A stretch of 33,848 nucleotides of DNA from an uncultured Ruminococcus sp. (GTDB lineage: Bacteria > Bacillota > Clostridia > Oscillospirales > CAG-382), in assembly GCA_964403645.1 (NCBI GenBank), contig CAYOGQ010000004.1:1-33848 (forward strand), read 5' to 3'. Below the pieces are notes generated by a model. That model was given only the letters and a program-made list of their open reading frames with translations, was not told the origin of the DNA and ran no database searches. How positions within the stretch are numbered: the stretch's first letter is position 1; each line of letters starts with the position of its first letter. Positions 26,017-33,848 of the stretch are shown here, one piece after another. Made by a program: the position numbers and the translations under genes.

Positions 26017-26797
26017 TTTAAATTTCATCCGTATCCTCGTTCTGGGCGATGTAGTGGGCAAATCGGGTGTCGCCCGCGTGGCGGACGAGCTTCGCCGTAT
26101 AAAAACGGAACTGGAAGCGGACTTTGTGCTGGTCAACGGCGAGAACGCCTCCGATTCGAACGGTCTGGACGTCTGGTCGGCGGAGACGCTTATCGCCTGC
26201 GGCGCGGACGTGATAACCGGCGGCAACCACACCATAGCGCTGAAAGAAATCTATACAGCGCTCGACGACAATGTCCGCCTGCTGCGACCGGCAAATTTCC
26301 CTCCGCTGTGCCCCGGGAAAGGATACGCCGTCTATGATGCCGTTTTGGGGTTGAGGATAAACGCCGCCGGGCAGGTGTTCATGAACCCCTGCGACAACCC
26401 TTTCGTATGCGTGGACAGGATACTGAGGGAAAACGAGGGCAGATATGACCTCGCCGTCGCCGATTTCCACGCCGAAGCAACGAGCGAAAAGACCGCTTTC
26501 GGGCTTTGGTTCGACGGCAGGATCCAGTGCATATACGGCACCCACACGCATATACCCACCGCCGACGAGACGCTCCTGCCGAAAGGCAGCGGCTATATCA
26601 CCGACATAGGTATGTGCGGCGTAAGAGAGGGCACCGTCCTCGGCGTGAAGGCCGAAACGGTGGTTAAACAATTTGTGACCGGCGTCCACGAGCGCTTCGA
26701 GCGCATCGCGGGCAGGGCGGAAATCAACGGGGCGCTGTTCGAAGTGGATGTTAGTTCCAAACGCTGTGTTAATATTAAACGAATAAAATACCTTTAA
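26006..26797 (+). CDS. ymdB: YmdB-type metallophosphoesterase (2',3'-cyclic-nucleotide 2'-phosphodiesterase family)
   Basis: [41 protein letters not shown] and GTHTHIPT are the calcineurin-like blocks of TIGR00282/YmdB. The rny-ymdB order is the same as in Bacillus. The track start at 26000 is a TTG, and the ATG at 26006 is my preferred start. Either way the gene overlaps the end of rny. Confidence 0.88.
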   Translation: MRNNLNFIRILVLGDVVGKSGVARVADELRRIKTELEADFVLVNGENASDSNGLDVWSAETLIACGADVITGGNHTIALKEIYTALDDNVRLLRPANFPPLCPGKGYAVYDAVLGLRINAAGQVFMNPCDNPFVCVDRILRENEGRYDLAVADFHAEATSEKTAFGLWFDGRIQCIYGTHTHIPTADETLLPKGSGYITDIGMCGVREGTVLGVKAETVVKQFVTGVHERFERIAGRAEINGALFEVDVSSKRCVNIKRIKYL

Positions 26798-26811
26798 GAA
26801 AGGAATACAGT

Positions 26812-27144
26812 ATGACCGATATTATAAAATTGCTTGAGGAAACCTCCAACGCCGATAAATCCAGCTCTTCCTTGTGGTCGGTATTGTCCATGCTCGCGCC
26901 GTTTGCCATACTCATAGTCGTCTTTTATTTCTTTATGATAAGGCCGCAAAAAAAGCAGCAGCGCGAAACCGAAGCCATGCGCGGCAGCGTCGAGCGCGGC
27001 GACGTCATCACCACCTTGGGCGGTATCGTGGGCATAGTCGTCATGGTCAAGGACGATAACATCTTAATCGAGACCAGCGGCGACAAGACCCGTGTGCAGA
27101 TACAGAAATGGGCGGTGCGCTCGGTCGAACAGAAGGCCGAATAA
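26812..27144 (+). CDS. yajC: preprotein translocase subunit YajC
   Basis: 110 aa. A single TM helix is followed by FYFFMIRPQKKQQRE...GDVITTLGGIVGIVV...V, the YajC signature. Confidence 0.85.
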   Translation: MTDIIKLLEETSNADKSSSSLWSVLSMLAPFAILIVVFYFFMIRPQKKQQRETEAMRGSVERGDVITTLGGIVGIVVMVKDDNILIETSGDKTRVQIQKWAVRSVEQKAE

Positions 27145-27189
27145 CGCCCGTAAAACATCAGGTAAACAACAAGAAAGGCGCTTATTGTT

Positions 27190-28575
27190 ATGAAAACCTA
27201 TTTAATCCCGCAAAAAGAAATCCCCGTGCGTTTTTCCGCCGACATCGTGGTGTGCGGCGGCGGCACCGCCGGGGTCCACGCCGCGGTCGCGGCGGCGAAG
27301 GAGGGTTTATCCGTCATCCTTATAGAGCAGTTCGGTTCGCCGGGCGGTTCGGCGGGAAACGCGCTTGTCACTCCGGTAATGCATTCGCATATTGCGGGAG
27401 ACCCCGCCTGCTCATATGTGACCGGTCTTTTAAACGAAAAAATGAGTCAGCTCGGCAAGTTGGATGAGTCCGGACGCCTTTTCGACCCGCTTATCCTGCG
27501 GATAGCATCCGAACAGCTCTGCCTTGAAGCGGGCGTGAAGCTTTTGTATTACCATTTCGTCACAGGCGTCATTAAAGAGGGCAGCGTCATTAAGGGCGTC
27601 ATAACCGCTTCCAAATCGGGCGAATACGTCGTCGAGGGCAAAATGTTTATCGACTGCACCGGCGACGGCGACCTTTCCGTGTTCGCTGGCGCGGAATACA
27701 CCAAAGGCAACCCGGAGACGGGGGTGTGCCAGCCCATATCTTTGAGATACACCGTGTCCGGCGTCGACACCGCCGAATTCGGGGAATTTATAAAAGCGGA
27801 AATCGCCCGCACGGGCATCGGCAAGGGCGCTTCCTACGACGGCGTCAGGGTTTACGCCGCCTGCACCGCTTCCGACGACTGGGCGATGACCGGCGTCTTC
27901 AAAGCCGCCATCGCTGCGGGCGACCTCACCGACGAGGACAAGGCCTACTGGCAGGTGTTCCAGCTCCCCAACCGGCGCGACACCCTCGCTTTCAACAACC
28001 CCGAAATGTTTGAGTATGTAGACGGCACCGACGCCGAACACCTCACAAAAGCCCAAACCGACGGCAAGGCCGCCATAGTCAGGCAGCTTAAATTTTATAA
28101 AAAGTATATGAAAGGCTTCGAGAACGCCTATATTTCCGAAATCGCCCCGATGGTAGGCGTGCGCGAAACCCGCAACATCACGACCGAATATGTCCTGACG
28201 GGCGCGGACCTGCTCGGGCGGAAAAAATTTGCCGACGCGTTCTGCCAGAGCAGCTACCCGGTGGACATCCACGGGAAATCGCTCAAATGCGAACAGAACG
28301 TGACCCCCGTGAACGACGGCAAGCCCTGGTACGAAATCCCCTTCCGCTCCCTTGTGGTAAAAGGCTTCGACAACCTGTTCGTGGCGGGACGCTGCCTCGG
28401 CGCGGAGTTTCTTGCCCAGTCCTCGCTTCGTATCCAGCAGTCTGCGCGTTCCTCCGGGGAAGCCGCCGGCATAGGCGCGGCGACGGCAATTAAAGAAGGT
28501 TTAAAAGCCGGGGAAGTGGACGGCGCGCGCGTCAGAGCGGTGATGGAAGCCAAAGGCGCGGTTTACGCGAAATAG
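27190..28575 (+). CDS. FAD-dependent oxidoreductase (FAD_oxidored / glucose-inhibited-division-like fold), substrate unknown
   Basis: 461 aa. N-terminal dinucleotide motif DIVVCGGGTAGVHAAVAAAKEG...IEQ...GG. C-terminal FVAGRC...S block typical of this family. Confidence 0.75.
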   Translation: MKTYLIPQKEIPVRFSADIVVCGGGTAGVHAAVAAAKEGLSVILIEQFGSPGGSAGNALVTPVMHSHIAGDPACSYVTGLLNEKMSQLGKLDESGRLFDPLILRIASEQLCLEAGVKLLYYHFVTGVIKEGSVIKGVITASKSGEYVVEGKMFIDCTGDGDLSVFAGAEYTKGNPETGVCQPISLRYTVSGVDTAEFGEFIKAEIARTGIGKGASYDGVRVYAACTASDDWAMTGVFKAAIAAGDLTDEDKAYWQVFQLPNRRDTLAFNNPEMFEYVDGTDAEHLTKAQTDGKAAIVRQLKFYKKYMKGFENAYISEIAPMVGVRETRNITTEYVLTGADLLGRKKFADAFCQSSYPVDIHGKSLKCEQNVTPVNDGKPWYEIPFRSLVVKGFDNLFVAGRCLGAEFLAQSSLRIQQSARSSGEAAGIGAATAIKEGLKAGEVDGARVRAVMEAKGAVYAK

Positions 28576-28576
28576 C

Positions 28577-29095
28577 ATGAAAAAAACATATACCGTTTCC
28601 ATGGATACCCCGGTGGGAAAGCTCGAAATAATCTCCGACGGCGAATATATCACCGGAATCAATTTTGCGTCCGAGACGTCTGAGACGTCTGAAACTGATA
28701 ATACGGAACACGCCTCCGGCGACGCCGTACCCGTGCTCGCCGATGCCGAAAAACAGCTTAACGAATATTTTTCCGGTATCAGGAATCGGTTCACGGTTCC
28801 CGTAAAAGCCGAAGGTACGCCTTTCCAAAAAGCCGTCTGGCGCGCCATGTCCGAAATCCCGTACGGTGAAAAACTCACCTACAAGTCTCTCGCGTCGGCG
28901 GCGGAGCGTCCCGGCGCGTTCCGCGCGGTGGGGAGCGCATGCGGCGCCAACCCCGTACCCATAATCATCCCCTGCCACAGAGTTGTTGCGTCAAACGGCG
29001 AAGGCGGCTTTTCGGGAGGGCTTGATATAAAGAGGGCTCTTTTGGAGTTGGAAGAGAGCATTGTTTCGGGATATCAACGTAAAACCGATAAATAA
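28577..29095 (+). CDS. ogt: methylated-DNA--protein-cysteine methyltransferase
   Basis: 172 aa. Active site IIIPCHRVV (the PCHRV motif), plus FQKAVWRAM..IPYGEKLTY and NPVPII. The ATG lies 1 nt after the TAG of the upstream oxidoreductase. Confidence 0.9.
   Translation: MKKTYTVSMDTPVGKLEIISDGEYITGINFASETSETSETDNTEHASGDAVPVLADAEKQLNEYFSGIRNRFTVPVKAEGTPFQKAVWRAMSEIPYGEKLTYKSLASAAERPGAFRAVGSACGANPVPIIIPCHRVVASNGEGGFSGGLDIKRALLELEESIVSGYQRKTDK
28673..28699 (+). repeat. short in-frame tandem repeat (9-bp unit, two perfect copies plus one degenerate) inside ogt
   Basis: GAGACGTCT GAGACGTCT GAAACTGAT encodes (S)ETSETSETD. Each perfect unit contains the 8-bp palindrome AGACGTCT. Confidence 0.9.
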
Positions 29096-29096
29096 T

Positions 29097-29134
29097 AAAA
29101 CCGGCGCGAATGGACGCGCCGGTTTTTGTTTTTA
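29097..29134. terminator. bidirectional rho-independent terminator between the convergent ogt and MBL hydrolase genes
   Basis: 12-bp perfect stem AAAACCGGCGCG (29097-29108) / CGCGCCGGTTTT (29115-29126) with loop AATGGA. It is followed by TGTTTTTAT on the plus strand and preceded by an A-run, which gives a T-run on the minus strand. Confidence 0.85.
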
Positions 29135-29166
29135 TGCAGAGTGAATTTCAAGCGTCGTCAGGGCTT

Positions 29167-29979
29167 TCATTCATCCAGAACAACGCAGATCCCTTCTCTC
29201 GGGGCGACCGTCAGATATACGTCTCCCGGAGCGGTTTTATGGCATACCGTTATATCCTTCGCGGTAAGAGAGTTGTAGGATTCGGCGTACGCCGCCGCGG
29301 GAGTGTTGTTTTCCGCCGAAAGGTGCGCCAGCGCAAAGGCTTTTACTCCGCGGCTCACGAGATAAGGCAAAAATTCGGCGCAGGCCGTGTTGGAAAGATG
29401 TCCGTAGTTGCCGAGTATCCGCTTTTTCAGCGCCAGGGGATAGGGCCCGTTTTTCAGCATATTTATATCGTGGTTGGATTCGATTATCACGGCTTCGCAG
29501 GACGAAAGCGCGGCGGCGACATCTTTTGTGATATACCCCATATCGGTGGCGACTCCGGCGCGTTTACCGCCAAAGTCAACCACATATCCGCAGGACGAAA
29601 CCGAGTCGTGGGGCGTGCGGAAGTGCTCGAAGGCGGTTTCGCCAAAGCAGACTCCGCCGTCCTTTTCCAAAGGATTAAGGCAAAAACAGGCGCGCTCATA
29701 CACCCGCCCTATCGCCGCACAGCAGAGCGAGGGCGCATAAATCGGGATTTCATAACATTTCGATATGGTTTCCAGCCCTTTAATATGGTCGGTGTGCTCG
29801 TGGGTGATAAAAATAGCGTCGATATTTGCCAGAGAGGTGCCGAGCGTTTTCAAGGCGTTTTCTATTGCTCTCGCGGAAGCCCCCGCGTCTATCAGGTATT
29901 CCTCTCCCTTGTTCTTAATATATACGCAGTTCCCTCCGGAGGACGAAAAGAGAGTGCAGACAAAGCTGTTTCCCGTCAT
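29167..29979 (-). CDS. MBL-fold metallo-hydrolase (YycJ/WalJ-like)
   Basis: 270 aa. FSSSGGNCVYI...YLIDAG and the HxHxDH motif ITHEHTDHIKG, with later H/D ligands (HD..S, SNHD). Confidence 0.85.
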   Translation of the reverse strand: MTGNSFVCTLFSSSGGNCVYIKNKGEEYLIDAGASARAIENALKTLGTSLANIDAIFITHEHTDHIKGLETISKCYEIPIYAPSLCCAAIGRVYERACFCLNPLEKDGGVCFGETAFEHFRTPHDSVSSCGYVVDFGGKRAGVATDMGYITKDVAAALSSCEAVIIESNHDINMLKNGPYPLALKKRILGNYGHLSNTACAEFLPYLVSRGVKAFALAHLSAENNTPAAAYAESYNSLTAKDITVCHKTAPGDVYLTVAPREGICVVLDE

Positions 29980-30025
29980 TTGCTTTTTTGTTCCGTTCTT
30001 GTAATTAAACCTGTTTTTATTGCCT

Positions 30026-31426
30026 TCACTTGACGGCGGCTCCCTTTTGATAAACGCCGTCCGTTTCGAGAGTTACCGCGCCGAACGGGCGTACGCCGAG
30101 GAATTGACAGCTTCCCTCACCGAACACGCTCTCTATCACCCGTTTAAATTCGTCGGTCTTGTCAAAGCTCACCCAGGCCTGCACCGTCCCGGCAAACCCC
30201 CCGCCGTGGACGCGGGATATGACGCCAAGCCTGTCGCAGAGCGCGAGGGCGAGGGAAAGCCCTTGTTCATCGGCGTTTTTGGCGCAGAACACGTTTTGAA
30301 GGTATTTGAAGGATGAATCGCCGGATTTAGATACATTTAAGAAAAACGCATCGTAATCACCGTTCTTGACAGCTTCACGCTGTGCCTCGACCCGGTCGTT
30401 TTCGTCGAAATAGTGTATCGCGCGGAGCACAGCCCGATCGCCGAACTTCTCGCGCAGTACGGGTATGTCGCTATAAAAATCTTTTTTGTTGACCGTTCTG
30501 AGGGTGGGTTTGGAATAGTGCGAAGCGACCGCTTTCATCTCGCCGGGGAGCGAGGCGTATTCGTCCGTCAGCTTGGCGTGGTTACCCCCGGTGTTGACGA
30601 TACAGAGCGAATAGCCCCGCGACGCTGGATCGAACGAAAGCTTTTCCACAAAGGGATGGTTTTGATCGGCAAAATCCATATAGCAGAACCCGCCGACGAC
30701 GCACGCGGTCTGGTCCATCAGCCCGCAGGGTTTGCCGAAAAATTCGTTTTCGGCGTATTTCCCCGCTTTCGCCAGCTCGATAGGAGATACGTTTCCGCTG
30801 TTGTAAAAGTAGTTTAATAAGCTGCCTACCATGACCTCGAACGCCGCCGAGGAGGAAAGTCCGCTCCCCATGCCGATGTCGCTGGTGGTATAAGCGCATA
30901 AACCGCCGATTTTATGACCGTTTTTTACAAAGTAATCCGCCACCCCGGCAATTAACGCGGAGGAGTTGCCCTTTTTGGCTTTTTCCGCGTTTAGTCCGGC
31001 GGGGGATAGCTCTACCACGCTTTCGCGGTAGCCGTCGCTCTTGATTTTTATTACCGGTTCGGGTATGACGGATGAAGCCGCCACGACGTCGATGTCCAAA
31101 GCGGCGGCGATAACCTTGCCGTTGTTGTGGTCGGTGTGGTTGCCCGAAATTTCGCTCCTGCCGGGGACTGAAAAGAGCTCGGTTTCGCGATCCCCGTACA
31201 GGGAAAGGAAGCTTTCGGCAAGGCGTATGTAGCGTTCGCGCCGTTTGTTTACGCGGTCTTTTCCGTAAAGCTTGGCGAAAACGGCGTCATACGCCCCGTT
31301 TGTTATTTTTTCGGTGAGTTCGGAAGTTTTCATATATAAATGCCCATGCCTTAAATTTGCACAAATAGAGATGAAAGAGAGCATGGGCTCGCGCCTACCT
31401 TTCTTTATTGTTTTTTGTTCTTTCAC
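30026..31426 (-). CDS. GHMP-family sugar kinase, galactokinase-like
   Basis: The galactokinase signature variant VPGRSEISGNHTDHNNGKV and the GHMP ATP motif GMGSGLSSSAAFEV are present. The GTG at 31426 has an AAAGGA RBS 8 nt upstream. An internal ATG at 31333 (MKTSELTEK...) is an equally plausible start, because the 31 residues before it look non-conserved. Confidence 0.75.
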   Translation of the reverse strand: MKEQKTIKKGRREPMLSFISICANLRHGHLYMKTSELTEKITNGAYDAVFAKLYGKDRVNKRRERYIRLAESFLSLYGDRETELFSVPGRSEISGNHTDHNNGKVIAAALDIDVVAASSVIPEPVIKIKSDGYRESVVELSPAGLNAEKAKKGNSSALIAGVADYFVKNGHKIGGLCAYTTSDIGMGSGLSSSAAFEVMVGSLLNYFYNSGNVSPIELAKAGKYAENEFFGKPCGLMDQTACVVGGFCYMDFADQNHPFVEKLSFDPASRGYSLCIVNTGGNHAKLTDEYASLPGEMKAVASHYSKPTLRTVNKKDFYSDIPVLREKFGDRAVLRAIHYFDENDRVEAQREAVKNGDYDAFFLNVSKSGDSSFKYLQNVFCAKNADEQGLSLALALCDRLGVISRVHGGGFAGTVQAWVSFDKTDEFKRVIESVFGEGSCQFLGVRPFGAVTLETDGVYQKGAAVK

Positions 31427-31451
31427 GCTATCATTCCTTTTATGAAAAGCG

Positions 31452-31949
31452 TCAATTTTTGTATAATATTTTTTCTATTTCGCATACATACATGGTATGG
31501 TAATCGTCGCGGTACCATTGGCCGGGATTTACGTTTATAAAACATTCTTTTTTGAACTTATCGGCGTATATCTTCCTGCCTATGACGGCAAGACGGCATT
31601 CCTCGTAATAAATTCCGCCGCTTTTTAAAGCGGTGAAGCCGCATTCTTTAATTTTATCGACATCTCTTCCGGAAACGTTCCCGCAGAACGAAAGCTTTTT
31701 CCGGTATTCTTCGTCAAAGAAGCACAGGGAAATATAGTCGCTTTGCTCGGTGAAGCTGAAGGTATGCCTTTGCGGGCGGACGAAGCAAAAGAACACGTTC
31801 TTGTTCCAAAGCACTCCCATCCCTCCCCAGCTCACGGTCATGGCGTTTATGACGCCGTCCGGCTTTTCGGCGGAAAGCAAAGCCCAGTCCCTGCCGATAT
31901 ATTCAAACGGCGTTTTTTCCAGCTCGTAAGGCGATATTTCCCTGAACAT
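31452..31949 (-). CDS. flavin reductase-like FMN-binding split-barrel protein
   Basis: 165 aa. ...DWALLSAEKPDGVINAMTVSWGGMGVLWNKNVFFCFVRPQRHT... matches the flavin reductase / flavoredoxin-type domain pattern. The gene is AT-rich relative to the window. Confidence 0.7.
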   Translation of the reverse strand: MFREISPYELEKTPFEYIGRDWALLSAEKPDGVINAMTVSWGGMGVLWNKNVFFCFVRPQRHTFSFTEQSDYISLCFFDEEYRKKLSFCGNVSGRDVDKIKECGFTALKSGGIYYEECRLAVIGRKIYADKFKKECFINVNPGQWYRDDYHTMYVCEIEKILYKN

Positions 31950-32146
31950 AAAGCATCCTCCTTAAAATATTAAAGCATTATACCACATGTATTCTGAAAT
32001 TGAAATAGCTTTAATTATTTTTCATTTTTGGTTTCTCAATATTAGCAAAAAATTCATAATGCGTTCGTTATTTAGAACAAAATAATTGATATTATATTTT
32101 ATGTTTAAAATTTTATAAAACCGCAAACCGAAAGGAAAAACCCGTT

Positions 32147-33220
32147 ATGATCGACATTAAAACCTACCGCGACAAGCTTAAAGCCGCGTTTTTGGGGAGG
32201 GCGGCGGGCTGCACTCTCGGAGCGCCCGTCGAAGGCTGGACTCTTTCACACATGGAGGAGTACGCCGCCAAACTTGGGATAGAATATCCCTGTACCGGCT
32301 ATTGGCCCTCGATACCCAACCCCGACGATAAAAGGTATATCATCCAGACCTTCAAGGACTACACCCTGCCCGGCCTCGCCGGCAACGGTATCCCCTGCGA
32401 CGACGATATCGGCTATACTCTGCTCTCGCTTTTTATCGCCGAGGAGGGCGGCGGGCCGGACTTCACATTGAACGACGTTAAAAATGCTTGGCTCAAATAT
32501 ATCACCGAATGTTATACCGCCGAAAGGGTCGCGCTCGACAACCTGTTAAAGGGCGTCCCGGCGGAGAAGGCTGCGGAAATCGACAACCCGTACGACGAGC
32601 TGATCGGCGCCGATATCCGGTGCGACGGTTACGCCTATATGTCCCCCGGCAACCCCGCCAAAGCCGCAAAAATGGCGGAGATCGACGCGTTTATCTCCCA
32701 CAGGAACAACGGTATTTACGGCTCGCGCTATTTCGCCGCCGTCATTTCCTCCGCGTTTAAAACAAACGACGTCAAAGCCTCGCTATACGAAGGACTGAAT
32801 TATATCCCCGCGGATTGCGAACTGGCTTCCGGTTTGAAATGGGCGCTTGAAATTTGGGACAAAGTCGGCGATTACAGGACCGCCGCCGCGCTGGTGGACG
32901 AAAGATACCCCGGGATGCACATTGTCCACACCATAAATAATGCCTGTCTGACCGTCTTCGGCTTGGCGCTCGGCGGCGGGGATCTGGGGAAAGTGATATC
33001 AAACTGCGTCGCCATGGCGCACGACTGCGACTGCACCGCCGCCACGGCGGGATCGATAACCGGGGCTGCCTACGGTATGGGCTGTATCGACGAAAAATGG
33101 TACCTGCCGTTCGGCGACAGGGTCAACTCCTTCTTCAACGGCCCCAAAGCCTATAAAATAAGCGATATATTGTCGCGCTTTGAAGCGATGGCGTTAAAAT
33201 CAGGTTCTTTAAAAGCCTGA
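32147..33220 (+). CDS. ADP-ribosylglycohydrolase family protein
   Basis: 357 aa. N-terminal FLGRAAGCTLGAPVEGW, the metal-site block CDDDIGYT and the C-terminal block AHDCDCTAATAGSITGAAYG (D-x-D-x-T) correspond to the binuclear metal-site motifs of the DraG/ARH family. Confidence 0.8.
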   Translation: MIDIKTYRDKLKAAFLGRAAGCTLGAPVEGWTLSHMEEYAAKLGIEYPCTGYWPSIPNPDDKRYIIQTFKDYTLPGLAGNGIPCDDDIGYTLLSLFIAEEGGGPDFTLNDVKNAWLKYITECYTAERVALDNLLKGVPAEKAAEIDNPYDELIGADIRCDGYAYMSPGNPAKAAKMAEIDAFISHRNNGIYGSRYFAAVISSAFKTNDVKASLYEGLNYIPADCELASGLKWALEIWDKVGDYRTAAALVDERYPGMHIVHTINNACLTVFGLALGGGDLGKVISNCVAMAHDCDCTAATAGSITGAAYGMGCIDEKWYLPFGDRVNSFFNGPKAYKISDILSRFEAMALKSGSLKA

Positions 33221-33340
33221 CACCTTTACCGAGCGGTAATAATTAAAGGTAAATAAGCATAGAAATATTCCGAACGGACTACGCTTTGCGCCAAGGGAAT
33301 TCCTTTGGCGCGCCGCGGACTGAAAGGAATGAAGCTCTCT

Positions 33341-33848
33341 ATGAAAAAAATTATTTGCCTGCTTTTAGCTTTTACGCTCATTTTTGTCCCGCTTTCAAGT
33401 TATGCCGACGATGAGGTCGACGCCGAGCTTTACGCGGACGCGGAAAATTTCGACGACGAAAAAGCGGAAATTTACCCCTTCTCCTACGCATTTGAGGAAT
33501 TTTGGTACACCGAAACGGCGACCTTCGGCGATACTCTCCCCGTGAGAGCGGCACTTTTGATGGAAGCCGACACCGGAATAATTCTTTACGCGCAGGACGA
33601 AAACTCCCATTTTCCCATAGCGTCGGTGACAAAAATAATGTCTATGCTGCTTGTGATAGAGGCTATCGACGCGGGTAAAATAACCTTGGACGATATCGTG
33701 ACGGTGGGGGAAGCCGCCGCGGGCATGGGCGGGAGCCAGGTTTATCTTGAAGTCGGCGAACAGATAAAGGTTAACGAATTGCTGAAAGCCATGATAGTGG
33801 CGTCCGCCAACGACGCGACCGTCGCTTTCGCGGAACATGTCGCCGGCA
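33341..33848 (+). CDS. D-alanyl-D-alanine carboxypeptidase (peptidase S11, low-MW PBP), N-terminal part; runs off the window
   Basis: Absent from the ORF track because there is no stop codon in the window. It translates to MKKIICLLLAFTLIFVPLSSYA (signal peptide) ...ALLMEADTGIILYAQDENSHFPIASVTKIMSMLLV (SxxK) ...MIVASANDATVAFAEHVAG (SxN). An in-frame ATG also exists at 33329. Confidence 0.85.
   Translation, partial: MKKIICLLLAFTLIFVPLSSYADDEVDAELYADAENFDDEKAEIYPFSYAFEEFWYTETATFGDTLPVRAALLMEADTGIILYAQDENSHFPIASVTKIMSMLLVIEAIDAGKITLDDIVTVGEAAAGMGGSQVYLEVGEQIKVNELLKAMIVASANDATVAFAEHVAG

Noticed and set aside
26018-30033. Antisense ORFs 26018-26689, 27430-28272, 28501-28978 and 29110-30033
   Set aside because: Each lies within or across a CDS with strong family motifs on the other strand (YmdB, FAD oxidoreductase, Ogt, MBL hydrolase). 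None has an RBS or a recognisable domain.
33378-33838. Minus-strand ORFs (84 and 147 aa) at the right edge of the window
   Set aside because: They are antisense to a plus-strand frame with a signal peptide and the SxxK and SxN motifs of a D,D-carboxypeptidase. The plus-strand CDS was missed by the track only because it has no stop codon in the window.

Overview
The window is a gene-dense 33.8 kb stretch of about 27 CDS. It looks like a moderately GC-rich Bacillota (Clostridia-type) chromosome, judged from rny-ymdB synteny, tmcAL, lipobox lipoproteins, AGGAGG-type RBSs and AT-rich intergenic spacers. Most of it is ordinary core metabolism. I recognised no rRNA, tRNA, CRISPR array, transposase, integrase or phage gene.

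Gene layout:
- Minus-strand block, positions 1-9172: gnd (partial, missed by the ORF track), a PHP phosphoesterase, a CvpA-like membrane protein, a MalY/PatB-type C-S lyase, folA and thyA. The block continues into three corrinoid methyl-transfer genes: a URO-D-like methyltransferase, a B12-binding corrinoid protein and an MtaA-like methyltransferase.
- Plus-strand block, 9239-19660, divergent from the first: a 2Fe-2S/ASKHA reductive activator of corrinoid enzymes, an M20 peptidase, an ABC exporter, a C26 gamma-glutamyl hydrolase-type amidase and a 1711-aa alpha-2-macroglobulin-like lipoprotein.
- Remainder: tmcAL divergent from ackA, a Cthe_2159-like beta-helix lipoprotein, rny-ymdB-yajC, a FAD oxidoreductase followed by ogt, an MBL hydrolase, a GHMP sugar kinase, a flavin reductase, an orphan ADP-ribosylglycohydrolase and a partial D-Ala-D-Ala carboxypeptidase.

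I do not see a convincing defence island or mobile element. The best candidates for something undescribed are:
1. The four-component corrinoid methyltransferase/demethylase module of unknown substrate. Its putative substrate-specific methyltransferase gene is a clear low-GC outlier, which suggests a swapped cassette. Its activator is transcribed in the same direction as two amidohydrolases and an exporter.
2. A thioester-less A2M-like lipoprotein in what appears to be a monoderm.
3. A large CvpA-domain membrane protein of unknown function.

All functional calls rest on motifs read by eye. No searches were run.
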